This document shows positions 55,354 through 64,000 of a stretch of DNA of 64,000 nucleotides, in pieces; positions within the stretch are counted from its first letter, which is position 1; the number at the start of each line of letters is the position of its first letter. Source of the stretch: a virus; the IMG/VR virus record IMGVR_UViG_3300017782_000007, positions 22,836-86,835 of that record; one strand, given 5' to 3'. The position numbers were made by a program, and so were the translations under genes. The notes below the pieces were generated by a model. That model did not search any database. It was given only the letters and a program-made list of their open reading frames with translations, and was not told the DNA's origin.

Positions 55354-58300
55354 TATTTACAGTTTTCGTATTGATGTAAAGCAGCTTTAACAGTGCTTTC
55401 TAATACAGTCATATTTAAAGATTTATTTATTTCTTCTCCACGCATCATATTGATAGGAGCTCCTCCAGGAACAGCAGTAGCCTTCTCTCCTATTAGAGTC
55501 TCAATAGTTGCAGCTAGTCTACCCTCATTAGATAATACTAGAACCTTCTCTCCCCTAATGTTATCTAGGTGAGCGAATCTTTCTTTAATCAAAGAAGGCT
55601 TAACAGGGTTAAGAATCTTACGAAGATCATACCCTCTATTAGTAACCAGATGGTCTAAGTCTAGCTTATATCCTTCCGTATTATTAACAGATAATAATCT
55701 ACGATATAAAGGAGTTTTAACTATACTAGGGTTATCTGATTGATAAGGTACATCATCTAATCTAAAGTATATATAGCCGCCCTTCTTAACTATCTTAGGC
55801 GCAGTATAGTATACCTTAGGAGACATAGTAGCATCATGATAAACTTCTCCTTTTTCTAGCTTAGCTATCTTATTCGTAGTAGGCTCAACCTTTAAGAATT
55901 TATTAGCTGGTATCATAGAGAAGTTATTGTTTAAGAATTGAACAGTAAAGTCATTCTTAACCATCTTAGCTACATCACTAAGCTCTAAAGCATTATTAGT
56001 ATTCTCAAATATAGCTTCTAGTTTATCCTGCATAGTAGTAACCACAGCAGCAAATAACTCCTCTGGTATTACTCTGGCATAGGATCTACGGCTAAACGAC
56101 ATACCCTCTTTTAATATAGAATACTTAAGCAAATCTTTCTGCAAGTCAGACCAAGTTCCATCCTCATTCTTTAAAGACTTAAATGCATTCTTATACATTA
56201 CAGCTTCTAAAGGATCTGCTGTTTTATCAGCAGTAAAGACTAAGCTTATCTCACCTGTGTTACTAGATTCAACTGAAAGGTTATCTAAGAATAGATTACT
56301 CTCATCAGCTCGTTCAGATTTAGCTTTGAATAAAGCATCGGCTAATCTTTCTTCGAATGCTTGTCTACCTGTATAAGTAAAGAATTCTGTTTCATATGGC
56401 TCAGTATTATCAGTAGATAAGTCTAACTGTTCTCCATCTAACATAATAGAGAGATCCGTCATCATATACTTAATAAACTCTGCTCTAATGTGCTCCTCAA
56501 TTTCCTCATCTTTCTTAAGATTATTACTTCTTAAATCAGAATCTACATCAGTAAGTCCTAAATCCTTCACAATCTCATCAGACATTAGTTGTAACTGAGC
56601 TGAGTTTCTCATTGTTATCTGAGATAACACTCGCTCTAAGTTTAACATAACTCTATAAGATTCATAGATATTTGGAATAGATAATAAATTAGAGTTCTGG
56701 AACATAAACTTCTCAGATACCTCGGTATCTAATTGTTGTTTAGCTCCTAGTGTAGAATTCTCTATACTTCGGTTAACTAGTCTAGTAGAATAGTCTTGCT
56801 TAAGCAACATCTTAGCTGCTGTTTGCTTAACCTTATACTTCTTAACTGGATCTTGTATCTCTTGTATAGAAGGAACCTTATCTAGAATTGCTTCTAAGTT
56901 GTCTTCTACTCTATCTATAGTACCACTGAATGAAGATTTCTTTGGCCCAGCCACCTTAGTTAATAGGTGATTTAACCATGCTCTAACTCCGCTATACGTA
57001 GGTGGTATATCTTTAACAGGAGCAGCTACTGTTGCAGCACTCTGTATAGAAGTACCAGCAAAGATCAATCCTCGAATTGTCTTTAATGCTTTATATTGAG
57101 TAATTAAGTCAGTGTGAGAATTTACTTCTCTATGCTTTAATTTCTCTTGATCCCAGTAGTAAGAGTATACACTAGATAATTCTTTAGCATTTACATCTCC
57201 TTCTAGATCAAGTCGTACATTCTCATGTATCTCTTTACTAAACTTACTAATAGCTTCTTTATGAGCTTCCATAAAGGTGTCTCTTGGCATAGCCAATAAC
57301 TCATCTGTTATAGATACTATACCTCTTACAGCTAGTACTTGTAAAGCTTCTTTGTAAATTAATTCTTTTTGAATCTCACTCATAGACTCTGTTACAGTGT
57401 CAACAGTTAAACTCTCAAATCTCTCATTAGTAATTTCTAATACCTTAGGTTGATTGAATAGTAAAGTAATCGTATGAATAGGAATCCCTAATGCTACAGC
57501 AGCTAAGAATGAATCAGCATTTCTATTGGATAAGTTAGTTACAGCTAATATCTGCTCCTTAACATTATCAATAGCAGCATTAATAAGGCTATCTAATGTC
57601 TCCCATACAGAAGTGACCTTTTGCCCTTCCTCGACAGTACTCATTACTCTCTTACCGTCTACTATAGAATCGTACTCGTTCTCAACAATAGAATCATATT
57701 TAACTCCGCCTATACTAATATCATCTAAATGAGATTGGATAATCTCATTATCAGAACTTAACTTAGGTTCTTCTCGCTCAATAGGCATTAAGTCTCCTAT
57801 TGGTTGTTTATGAATTAAATTGCCCTCATCGTCCTTTTCTCGTAAAGCCAATCGCTCTTCTTCAGTATATACCTTACCGCCTACAGCTTCCCATTTAGTT
57901 GGCTTAGCTCCCATTACTACGTGAGCAGCTCCCTTAGAGAATGTAGCAGCAATACCTGTCATAGTATTACCAGAGAAAGTATTAAAGTGAATACGTTGTT
58001 GATGTAGTACTCTTTCTAAGTTAATATCTCCAAACAAATATTCATTTCTATTCCCCTCAGTAAACCCTCTTAGCCTAGCCAACATATCAAATACTGTCTC
58101 TTCTCCGTTCTCCTCAGTCTTTCCGTTAAGTCTGTCCATGGATACTAAGTTCAACATTAAGTGTCTGTTCGCTAAGTCCTGAGCCATCTGTATATAGATG
58201 TCTACCATATGATTACGATTAGCCATTTGATAGTACTTGATTAAAGTCTTTTCTATCTTATCTAATCTCTCGAATGATGTCAATCTATTATCGTCATTTC

Positions 58301-61300
58301 TAGCTTCTTTAATAAGGTTGAATGCTTTCTCAAACATAGGAATAGCATCTATTAAGTCTGAGCCTTCTTCTAATATATAACCATCTTTGAAAGCTACAGG
58401 ATCAATATCCATAAGTATATTAGAGATATCTAATCCCTTGCCATCAGGAGATGTAAAGAACTCTTTATAAATAGAGTGCATAACATCAATATCATAATCC
58501 GCTCCGTGGAACTTAGTTACTTCCGATGGTAATATAATAAGATTTGAATTCTTACCTTCTCCCTCAAAGAAACCTTTAATCTCTACTGGAGCAGAAGAGT
58601 GAATACCTGTAGACGGTAAGCGGAATCCATAGATTACATCTCCTTCTTTATACCCTAACTCTTTAAACTTCAAAGGAACTAATGCCTCAGCATTACCTTT
58701 TTCATTTCTCCATTTCAATTTAGATACACGCTTATCGTATGTGAATGCCTCAGACATCAATACTAAATCTGCCCCTCTTAATCTAAACTTAACAGTATTA
58801 GACTTAAACTGAGAGTTAATGGCAGATATAATCTTGTTAGTCACAGTAGGAATATCAATTACATTCTTTCCTTTCAATGCTGATAATAACTCTGCCTCTA
58901 ATTCAGAACCAGCCGTCTTACCAAATGTATTAATAAGGTCTTGTATAATCTTATTCTTAGTGTGCTTCTTATCTATATTACCTTTATCCGTTAACCTTAA
59001 GTCAATAGACATCTTTCTTCTTCCCGCAGCTACAATATTTGCTACTGCTCTATTCAACATAGACGAAGATCTAGTAGTCTCTTTCCATACCCCAGTGAAG
59101 TATAACAACTGAGAAGGGTTAGCTAATCTAGTTTGTACATCATGTGATGGATTTAACTGTAGTCTAAAGTTATTCATATCTATGCTTATGGAGTCTTTTA
59201 AGGCTCCCTGAGCGTCTTTTTCCCCTAAGGTAGACATTCTATCGCCAGCATCATTTAAGTTCTCTCCAGGGGCCTCAAATTGAGCCTGAAGGTCTCTCCT
59301 AGGAGCTCCTACCTTAGCTCCTGAATCAAATACTAACATTTGTTGATTACCGTCTTTCATTATCTGATTCAACTCCTTAAGCTTAGCGAATCTAGGATTA
59401 GCTAATAGCTTATCATTAAGTACTACTAAAGATAGTTTCAATGCCACCGGAGTACCATTCTCATCTATACCAAAGTATACAGGTTTAAGAGTATCATCCA
59501 ATTCACTATCAATACCGTAACCAGCTTTTAACTGTTCGTAAGCTTGCTTAGTTATATACCCCTGAGCATCAGTTACCTCAACGTCAGATCCAATAATATC
59601 CTTAGCCACCTTCTCTAGGTTACCAAGTTTATGTTGTAGATCATTGGCTATGATCACATTCATCTTAGGAGGAGTACCTATATCATGATGTACGAAAGCT
59701 TTCATTCCCGGACCAAACGATATAGAAGTACGTTTAATAATATCTAATGCATTCTTAAAGTGAGCTTGATCTCCAAATACAATCTGATTTAATTGATGAG
59801 ATTGGATATAGTGATTATATAAGAATGTTCTTACAACAGACTTATATGCTTCTCTATATTGTCTCTTATTCTCAGCAATAGCATCTGCATACTCTTGAGT
59901 TTCTAAGAACTGTTTAAAGCTCTCTTCAAATACAGGATCACTTTGAGGTATAGACTTCAACCCTATTTGTCTAGCGTATATTTGTTTAGCAATAGACTTA
60001 GTTAATTTAGTAGGTATTTTTACTTTATCTCCGTGTAATACACCTGAAGTGATTAACGAAGAATAAGTGCCTTCTAAATCAAAACTATAATGTCCTTTCT
60101 CTTGCATAAGCAAATCAGTCATCTCATCTATATCCTTCTCAAGGACATCTTTTATTTCTTGTACAGTTTGTCCAACAAGATATGATCTATTCTTATAAGT
60201 CTTTAATCTATCCTTTTCAGGTCTGTCTTTTTCTTGATCAATAAGAGATTGGAAACCTTGATCGGTTAACTCCTCACTCATAATATCAACAACAGCTCCT
60301 GACATAGTAGGCTTATTAGAGATAGTCCAGAAGTTTTGTATATACTTACCTGCATTAAACTTAGTGAAGGTAGAGAATTGTGCAGTGAAGGTTCTTTCTA
60401 ACCACTGTTTAGGTGATTCATTGGCATACATTACTGCTGATTTCTGAGAGTTCTCTCTTTGCTGAACACCATCATGATCTATAATCTCATATATACGGCT
60501 AAGCCCAGGAGTACCCTTAGTCTCATTTCTTTGATAGATGTTATGCTGCATGAACTTAGAATCAAGGTGAGCGGGTTTAATCTTAGATTTCTGTGCCCCA
60601 TTCTCGTTCACAAACCAGTCCATAGTTTGATGAGCATAGTTTGATCTCACCCATCTATATACTACCTTTCCGTCAGCTCTAATCGAATTAGAAGGTCTAG
60701 CAGATTTATTATACCCAGCTAGGGCCTTAGACATTGTATTGAACATTGTAGCATAAGTACTAGATAATGTATCTAATTCTATGTCTGGTGTAGCTCTACT
60801 ATAAGTTTCAGTAAACCTCATCAATCTATCTCGTATAAGAGCTGCGTCACTTTTACTAAGATTAATAAATAAGTCTCCAGGAAGTAATCCCCAGTGTCTT
60901 AATACTTTAGTGGTTACTTCTGCTACTTTATTCTTGTTACCAGATTTCTTTAATCCTCTTATCTCTGCATCTAACTCTTCTGTTAGTAATGCAGCCTTAT
61001 TAGTATTACGTAATTTATTTAATAGAGTAGCTTGTAAGTTAGTTCGTATGATATTCTGTACTGAACTACCTTTAGTCCTAAAGTAATTGAAACTACTGTT
61101 TCCATCTTTATCAACAGACTTAACTCCTGAGAATAATTTACGTTCTCTTAAAGATCCAATAGTAACCATCATAGCTGAGAATAATTGCTTAGCCTCGTAC
61201 TGTTTAAATGCGTTTACTATTTCATCTCTAGTTAAATCTGATTGCTGTTCTATCTTAGATAAGAATTCCTCAGTAGTTGAATTAGGATCTCTAGTAATTT

Positions 61301-64000
61301 CAGCAGTTATACCTATGCTTTGATGGGCATTCTCCCCAATAACGAATGTATCATTATCAGAGAAGGTATGTTTAGCGTTATATTGATTCACCTTCTCAAT
61401 CAGTTCTCCCATAAATATGGCAGTTGCTTGAGCTTGAGGAGATAAACTATCACTAACTATTCTAGATTTAACATGTTCAGCAGCTTGTACTAAATCTCTA
61501 GTATCTACTCCCTGTAAGCTGTAAGTTATTAAGTTAAATGCTTGTCCAAAAGGAATAAACTCTATTGACTTCTTTCCATTTACTTCTTTAGTAATACTAA
61601 TACTTACCAATGCTTCTTTTACGATAGAGACTAGTTTAGTTCTGTGGTCTACAGTAGATTGATCAGTACTGAAGTAAGCCATGAATTTAGATACTTCATC
61701 TTCTTCAGCTAACTCACCGTCTAGTTGTAGTGCTCCCATATCACCATCGTCTAAGTCCTTACGTTCCAAGCCAGGATAGATATGATTCAAGAAATCTAAT
61801 TGTCCAGGAGAGTTGTTCTTAACTAGTTGTTTAAACCCTAGCCAGAAATCAAACTCTGCTTGATTGAGTTCTCTAGCAGCTACTACTGTACCATCTGATG
61901 TAGTATAGCCTTTTCTAATATTATCTATGTAGTTCCATCTATTCTTAAGTACATCAATTGTATAGCCTACTGCCTCTTCTTGAGTCATTACACCATACTT
62001 CTTAGTATCTCTTCTTACTGCTTGTAAGTTAAGTAAGAATAGATTCCTAGCCTTCTTAAACAAATCATACCTGCCTTGGTAATCCTCATTGATCTTAACC
62101 ATGGTTTCTAATGTACCAGTAGCCTCTCTTCTAGGAACTCCCCCATATACTCCGTCACCGATGTTCTCAAATAGAGAATCAATAGAGTCAAAGTGTCTTG
62201 AAGCAAATCCTAAGAATTGTAATATCTTTCTGAATATACGTTCTAGTATACTAGGTACTTGTGTACCAGTCTTCCATTCTTGGAATAACTCGGCTAATTG
62301 CTCTTCTATCTGCTTAGGAGATCCTCTAAAGCCTTCTTGCCTAGCCACCTGAATCATTTGATCATACTCTCTCTTAGTTAAATAAGAATTGGCTATGTGG
62401 TGAAATGTCTCGTGCTTAACAATATTCTCATAAGTATTTCCTCTGGCATTGGCCTCAAAGTATCTTACTCCATCTTTATATAATCCCCATACTTCTTTAC
62501 CTGCCATCTTAGTGATAGCTAAAGCATCTACCATTCTCATAGCGTTACGTACAGAAGGAGTCTTCTTACCTATCAATCTAAATATAATAGATTTTAATGT
62601 AGAAGGATTGTACTTGTTTATTAATTTCTGAGCTGCCTCAGGTGTTACTTCTTTACCAATTCTTGATGCATCTATTCTTTCTTTTGAAGCCGCCATAGCG
62701 TCCATATCAAATAAGAAGTCACTGTCGTCTCCTGGTTTGTTATCGTTACGAGGAGGATTCTCTTCTTTGATATCATCAGATAGCTTCTCCTCTGAAGTAG
62801 GAGTAGCGGGTGTAGCTGGAGGTAATGGCCCATTAGCTTCTGGATCAATAATAGAGATCTGTGTCTGAGCAATACTATCGAACCTAGAAGTTAAATTACC
62901 TAGTAGTGCATTCGATTTCTTAGTATTACTATTAAGCTTAATAGGAGTAACACTTATCTTTCCATCTTCATCCTTATCAAAGCTTTTAGTAGAGTTTAAA
63001 GTAATAGGAACTCTAAGTCCTTCTCCAGCTTTATTAGTTGAGTTACCCTCGCCATCGAAATTATCTTCTGCAAATACCTCGACTAATTCTGTGAAAGTTA
63101 TTACCTCTGTGTATTCATTGATTAACTTAGGGTCTATCTTAACAGCAGCTCCGTCATTTTTTTCGTTATAAGACTCGTATGCTTTCTGTACTGACTCCTC
63201 AAGTCTTCCCTTATTGAGAGCAGGTCTCTTCTCTTGTGGGTGAAGTAATCGTCTACCATAAATAGTTTCTGAGAATCCAGTTCCCTCTCGTACTTCTCTT
63301 AGGATAACTCCTGAGAAAGCACTCTCTTCTTGAGTTATATGTTTATTACCTATTAGATTAGCTCTAGCTATTCTATCTAAAGCTTTCTGTGCTTTACCCT
63401 GAAAGTTTCTCTTTGAGTAAGTTCTCTCAGAAGGTATGAATAACTTATCAAAAGCTGTCTCTAGTTCTTCTCCTGCTAATAAAGCAAAAGCTTTATCATC
63501 TTTCTGTAATTTTTCTAATTCTTTCTTACGTCTAGCAAGCTCTGATTTGGTTAAGGCTTTACGTCTTTCTTCCCACGTACCATGGACTGCTTCATCTATT
63601 TTTGTAGCATAGTTCATTACAGTGTTTAACTTACCACTTTGCATAGCAGCCTCTATTCTTGCTGATAGATGTCCTTCTGCTTCTCCTATAAGAGGAATAG
63701 CATTAAGTATGTCGAATTTCTTTATGAAATCACTATCCCAAGTTGCTTCATTAAATCTATTTGCAATTTCAGATAAAGCATAGACCAGTTCAGATAAAGC
63801 TCTACTACCATGAGCCATGCTCGCGTCAGTGTTTAAAGCCTTAAGTTCTTCTGAGAATAAATATACATCATTACCAAAAGTAGTAATAGGTTCAATCAGA
63901 TGCTTATCCAGAGTCTTATTCATCCTACGTGCTTCTAATGGAATATACTGTGGTCTCTGAGAAGTCTTTCCTCTGCCAGAAGGAGTCTTAGCTCTCATCT
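55353..64000 (-). CDS. Virion RNA polymerase (crAss gp66-like), N-terminus probably outside the window
   Basis: At least 2881 aa; VTDAQGY, LKPVYFG, RLPSTG, catalytic GADYDID, AAIDNVKE; also a KHETFHH zincin motif. Confidence 0.88.
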   Translation of the reverse strand, partial: MRAKTPSGRGKTSQRPQYIPLEARRMNKTLDKHLIEPITTFGNDVYLFSEELKALNTDASMAHGSRALSELVYALSEIANRFNEATWDSDFIKKFDILNAIPLIGEAEGHLSARIEAAMQSGKLNTVMNYATKIDEAVHGTWEERRKALTKSELARRKKELEKLQKDDKAFALLAGEELETAFDKLFIPSERTYSKRNFQGKAQKALDRIARANLIGNKHITQEESAFSGVILREVREGTGFSETIYGRRLLHPQEKRPALNKGRLEESVQKAYESYNEKNDGAAVKIDPKLINEYTEVITFTELVEVFAEDNFDGEGNSTNKAGEGLRVPITLNSTKSFDKDEDGKISVTPIKLNSNTKKSNALLGNLTSRFDSIAQTQISIIDPEANGPLPPATPATPTSEEKLSDDIKEENPPRNDNKPGDDSDFLFDMDAMAASKERIDASRIGKEVTPEAAQKLINKYNPSTLKSIIFRLIGKKTPSVRNAMRMVDALAITKMAGKEVWGLYKDGVRYFEANARGNTYENIVKHETFHHIANSYLTKREYDQMIQVARQEGFRGSPKQIEEQLAELFQEWKTGTQVPSILERIFRKILQFLGFASRHFDSIDSLFENIGDGVYGGVPRREATGTLETMVKINEDYQGRYDLFKKARNLFLLNLQAVRRDTKKYGVMTQEEAVGYTIDVLKNRWNYIDNIRKGYTTSDGTVVAARELNQAEFDFWLGFKQLVKNNSPGQLDFLNHIYPGLERKDLDDGDMGALQLDGELAEEDEVSKFMAYFSTDQSTVDHRTKLVSIVKEALVSISITKEVNGKKSIEFIPFGQAFNLITYSLQGVDTRDLVQAAEHVKSRIVSDSLSPQAQATAIFMGELIEKVNQYNAKHTFSDNDTFVIGENAHQSIGITAEITRDPNSTTEEFLSKIEQQSDLTRDEIVNAFKQYEAKQLFSAMMVTIGSLRERKLFSGVKSVDKDGNSSFNYFRTKGSSVQNIIRTNLQATLLNKLRNTNKAALLTEELDAEIRGLKKSGNKNKVAEVTTKVLRHWGLLPGDLFINLSKSDAALIRDRLMRFTETYSRATPDIELDTLSSTYATMFNTMSKALAGYNKSARPSNSIRADGKVVYRWVRSNYAHQTMDWFVNENGAQKSKIKPAHLDSKFMQHNIYQRNETKGTPGLSRIYEIIDHDGVQQRENSQKSAVMYANESPKQWLERTFTAQFSTFTKFNAGKYIQNFWTISNKPTMSGAVVDIMSEELTDQGFQSLIDQEKDRPEKDRLKTYKNRSYLVGQTVQEIKDVLEKDIDEMTDLLMQEKGHYSFDLEGTYSSLITSGVLHGDKVKIPTKLTKSIAKQIYARQIGLKSIPQSDPVFEESFKQFLETQEYADAIAENKRQYREAYKSVVRTFLYNHYIQSHQLNQIVFGDQAHFKNALDIIKRTSISFGPGMKAFVHHDIGTPPKMNVIIANDLQHKLGNLEKVAKDIIGSDVEVTDAQGYITKQAYEQLKAGYGIDSELDDTLKPVYFGIDENGTPVALKLSLVVLNDKLLANPRFAKLKELNQIMKDGNQQMLVFDSGAKVGAPRRDLQAQFEAPGENLNDAGDRMSTLGEKDAQGALKDSISIDMNNFRLQLNPSHDVQTRLANPSQLLYFTGVWKETTRSSSMLNRAVANIVAAGRRKMSIDLRLTDKGNIDKKHTKNKIIQDLINTFGKTAGSELEAELLSALKGKNVIDIPTVTNKIISAINSQFKSNTVKFRLRGADLVLMSEAFTYDKRVSKLKWRNEKGNAEALVPLKFKELGYKEGDVIYGFRLPSTGIHSSAPVEIKGFFEGEGKNSNLIILPSEVTKFHGADYDIDVMHSIYKEFFTSPDGKGLDISNILMDIDPVAFKDGYILEEGSDLIDAIPMFEKAFNLIKEARNDDNRLTSFERLDKIEKTLIKYYQMANRNHMVDIYIQMAQDLANRHLMLNLVSMDRLNGKTEENGEETVFDMLARLRGFTEGNRNEYLFGDINLERVLHQQRIHFNTFSGNTMTGIAATFSKGAAHVVMGAKPTKWEAVGGKVYTEEERLALREKDDEGNLIHKQPIGDLMPIEREEPKLSSDNEIIQSHLDDISIGGVKYDSIVENEYDSIVDGKRVMSTVEEGQKVTSVWETLDSLINAAIDNVKEQILAVTNLSNRNADSFLAAVALGIPIHTITLLFNQPKVLEITNERFESLTVDTVTESMSEIQKELIYKEALQVLAVRGIVSITDELLAMPRDTFMEAHKEAISKFSKEIHENVRLDLEGDVNAKELSSVYSYYWDQEKLKHREVNSHTDLITQYKALKTIRGLIFAGTSIQSAATVAAPVKDIPPTYSGVRAWLNHLLTKVAGPKKSSFSGTIDRVEDNLEAILDKVPSIQEIQDPVKKYKVKQTAAKMLLKQDYSTRLVNRSIENSTLGAKQQLDTEVSEKFMFQNSNLLSIPNIYESYRVMLNLERVLSQITMRNSAQLQLMSDEIVKDLGLTDVDSDLRSNNLKKDEEIEEHIRAEFIKYMMTDLSIMLDGEQLDLSTDNTEPYETEFFTYTGRQAFEERLADALFKAKSERADESNLFLDNLSVESSNTGEISLVFTADKTADPLEAVMYKNAFKSLKNEDGTWSDLQKDLLKYSILKEGMSFSRRSYARVIPEELFAAVVTTMQDKLEAIFENTNNALELSDVAKMVKNDFTVQFLNNNFSMIPANKFLKVEPTTNKIAKLEKGEVYHDATMSPKVYYTAPKIVKKGGYIYFRLDDVPYQSDNPSIVKTPLYRRLLSVNNTEGYKLDLDHLVTNRGYDLRKILNPVKPSLIKERFAHLDNIRGEKVLVLSNEGRLAATIETLIGEKATAVPGGAPINMMRGEEINKSLNMTVLESTVKAALHQYENCK

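Noticed and set aside
1-64000. Alternative genetic code (TAG or TGA recoding, common in crAss-like phages)
   Set aside because: Long genes (vRNAP, terL, polA) are uninterrupted in code 11, TAG and TGA end well-defined genes such as groEL and polA, and no suppressor tRNA was seen.

Overview
This window is a 64-kb piece of an AT-rich crAss-like (Crassvirales-type) dsDNA phage genome in the standard genetic code. SD-less A-rich start regions and a TAnnTTTG promoter point to a Bacteroidota host. The left arm (minus strand, 1-10.4 kb) encodes a partial portal, large terminase, GroEL, a GroES-like co-chaperonin, an M15 peptidase, a spanin-like protein and an HU/IHF-like protein. A divergent control region with tandem repeats lies at about 10.4-10.8 kb. 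The plus strand (10.8-50.9 kb) carries many small and membrane proteins, several peptidoglycan-active proteins (two GH73, one M15, one LysM), an AAA+ ATPase, a MoxR/vWA pair and the replication module (PolA, DnaB, ERF, putative SSB, DnaG, UDG, nucleases). The right arm (minus strand) encodes two giant virion-cargo proteins, including the partial virion RNA polymerase (DYDID motif). The most striking unexplained signal is in the plus-strand intergenic spacers, which hold no clean canonical tRNA but about 12 partial tRNA-shaped elements: (i) anticodon-less acceptor+T-arm mini-tRNAs; (ii) three covarying three-way junctions with the same 7+5 bp geometry and a TTYGCG loop; (iii) a circularly permuted YrlA-like tRNA mimic; (iv) a T-armless Lys(UUU) anticodon element; and (v) two degenerate tRNAs. 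There are also several 200-430 nt structured RNAs, a promoter-linked GCGATA hairpin with compensatory changes, and a zinc-finger ORF that needs a frameshift or stop readthrough. All RNA structures were folded by eye and protein calls rest on motifs only; no database searches were run.
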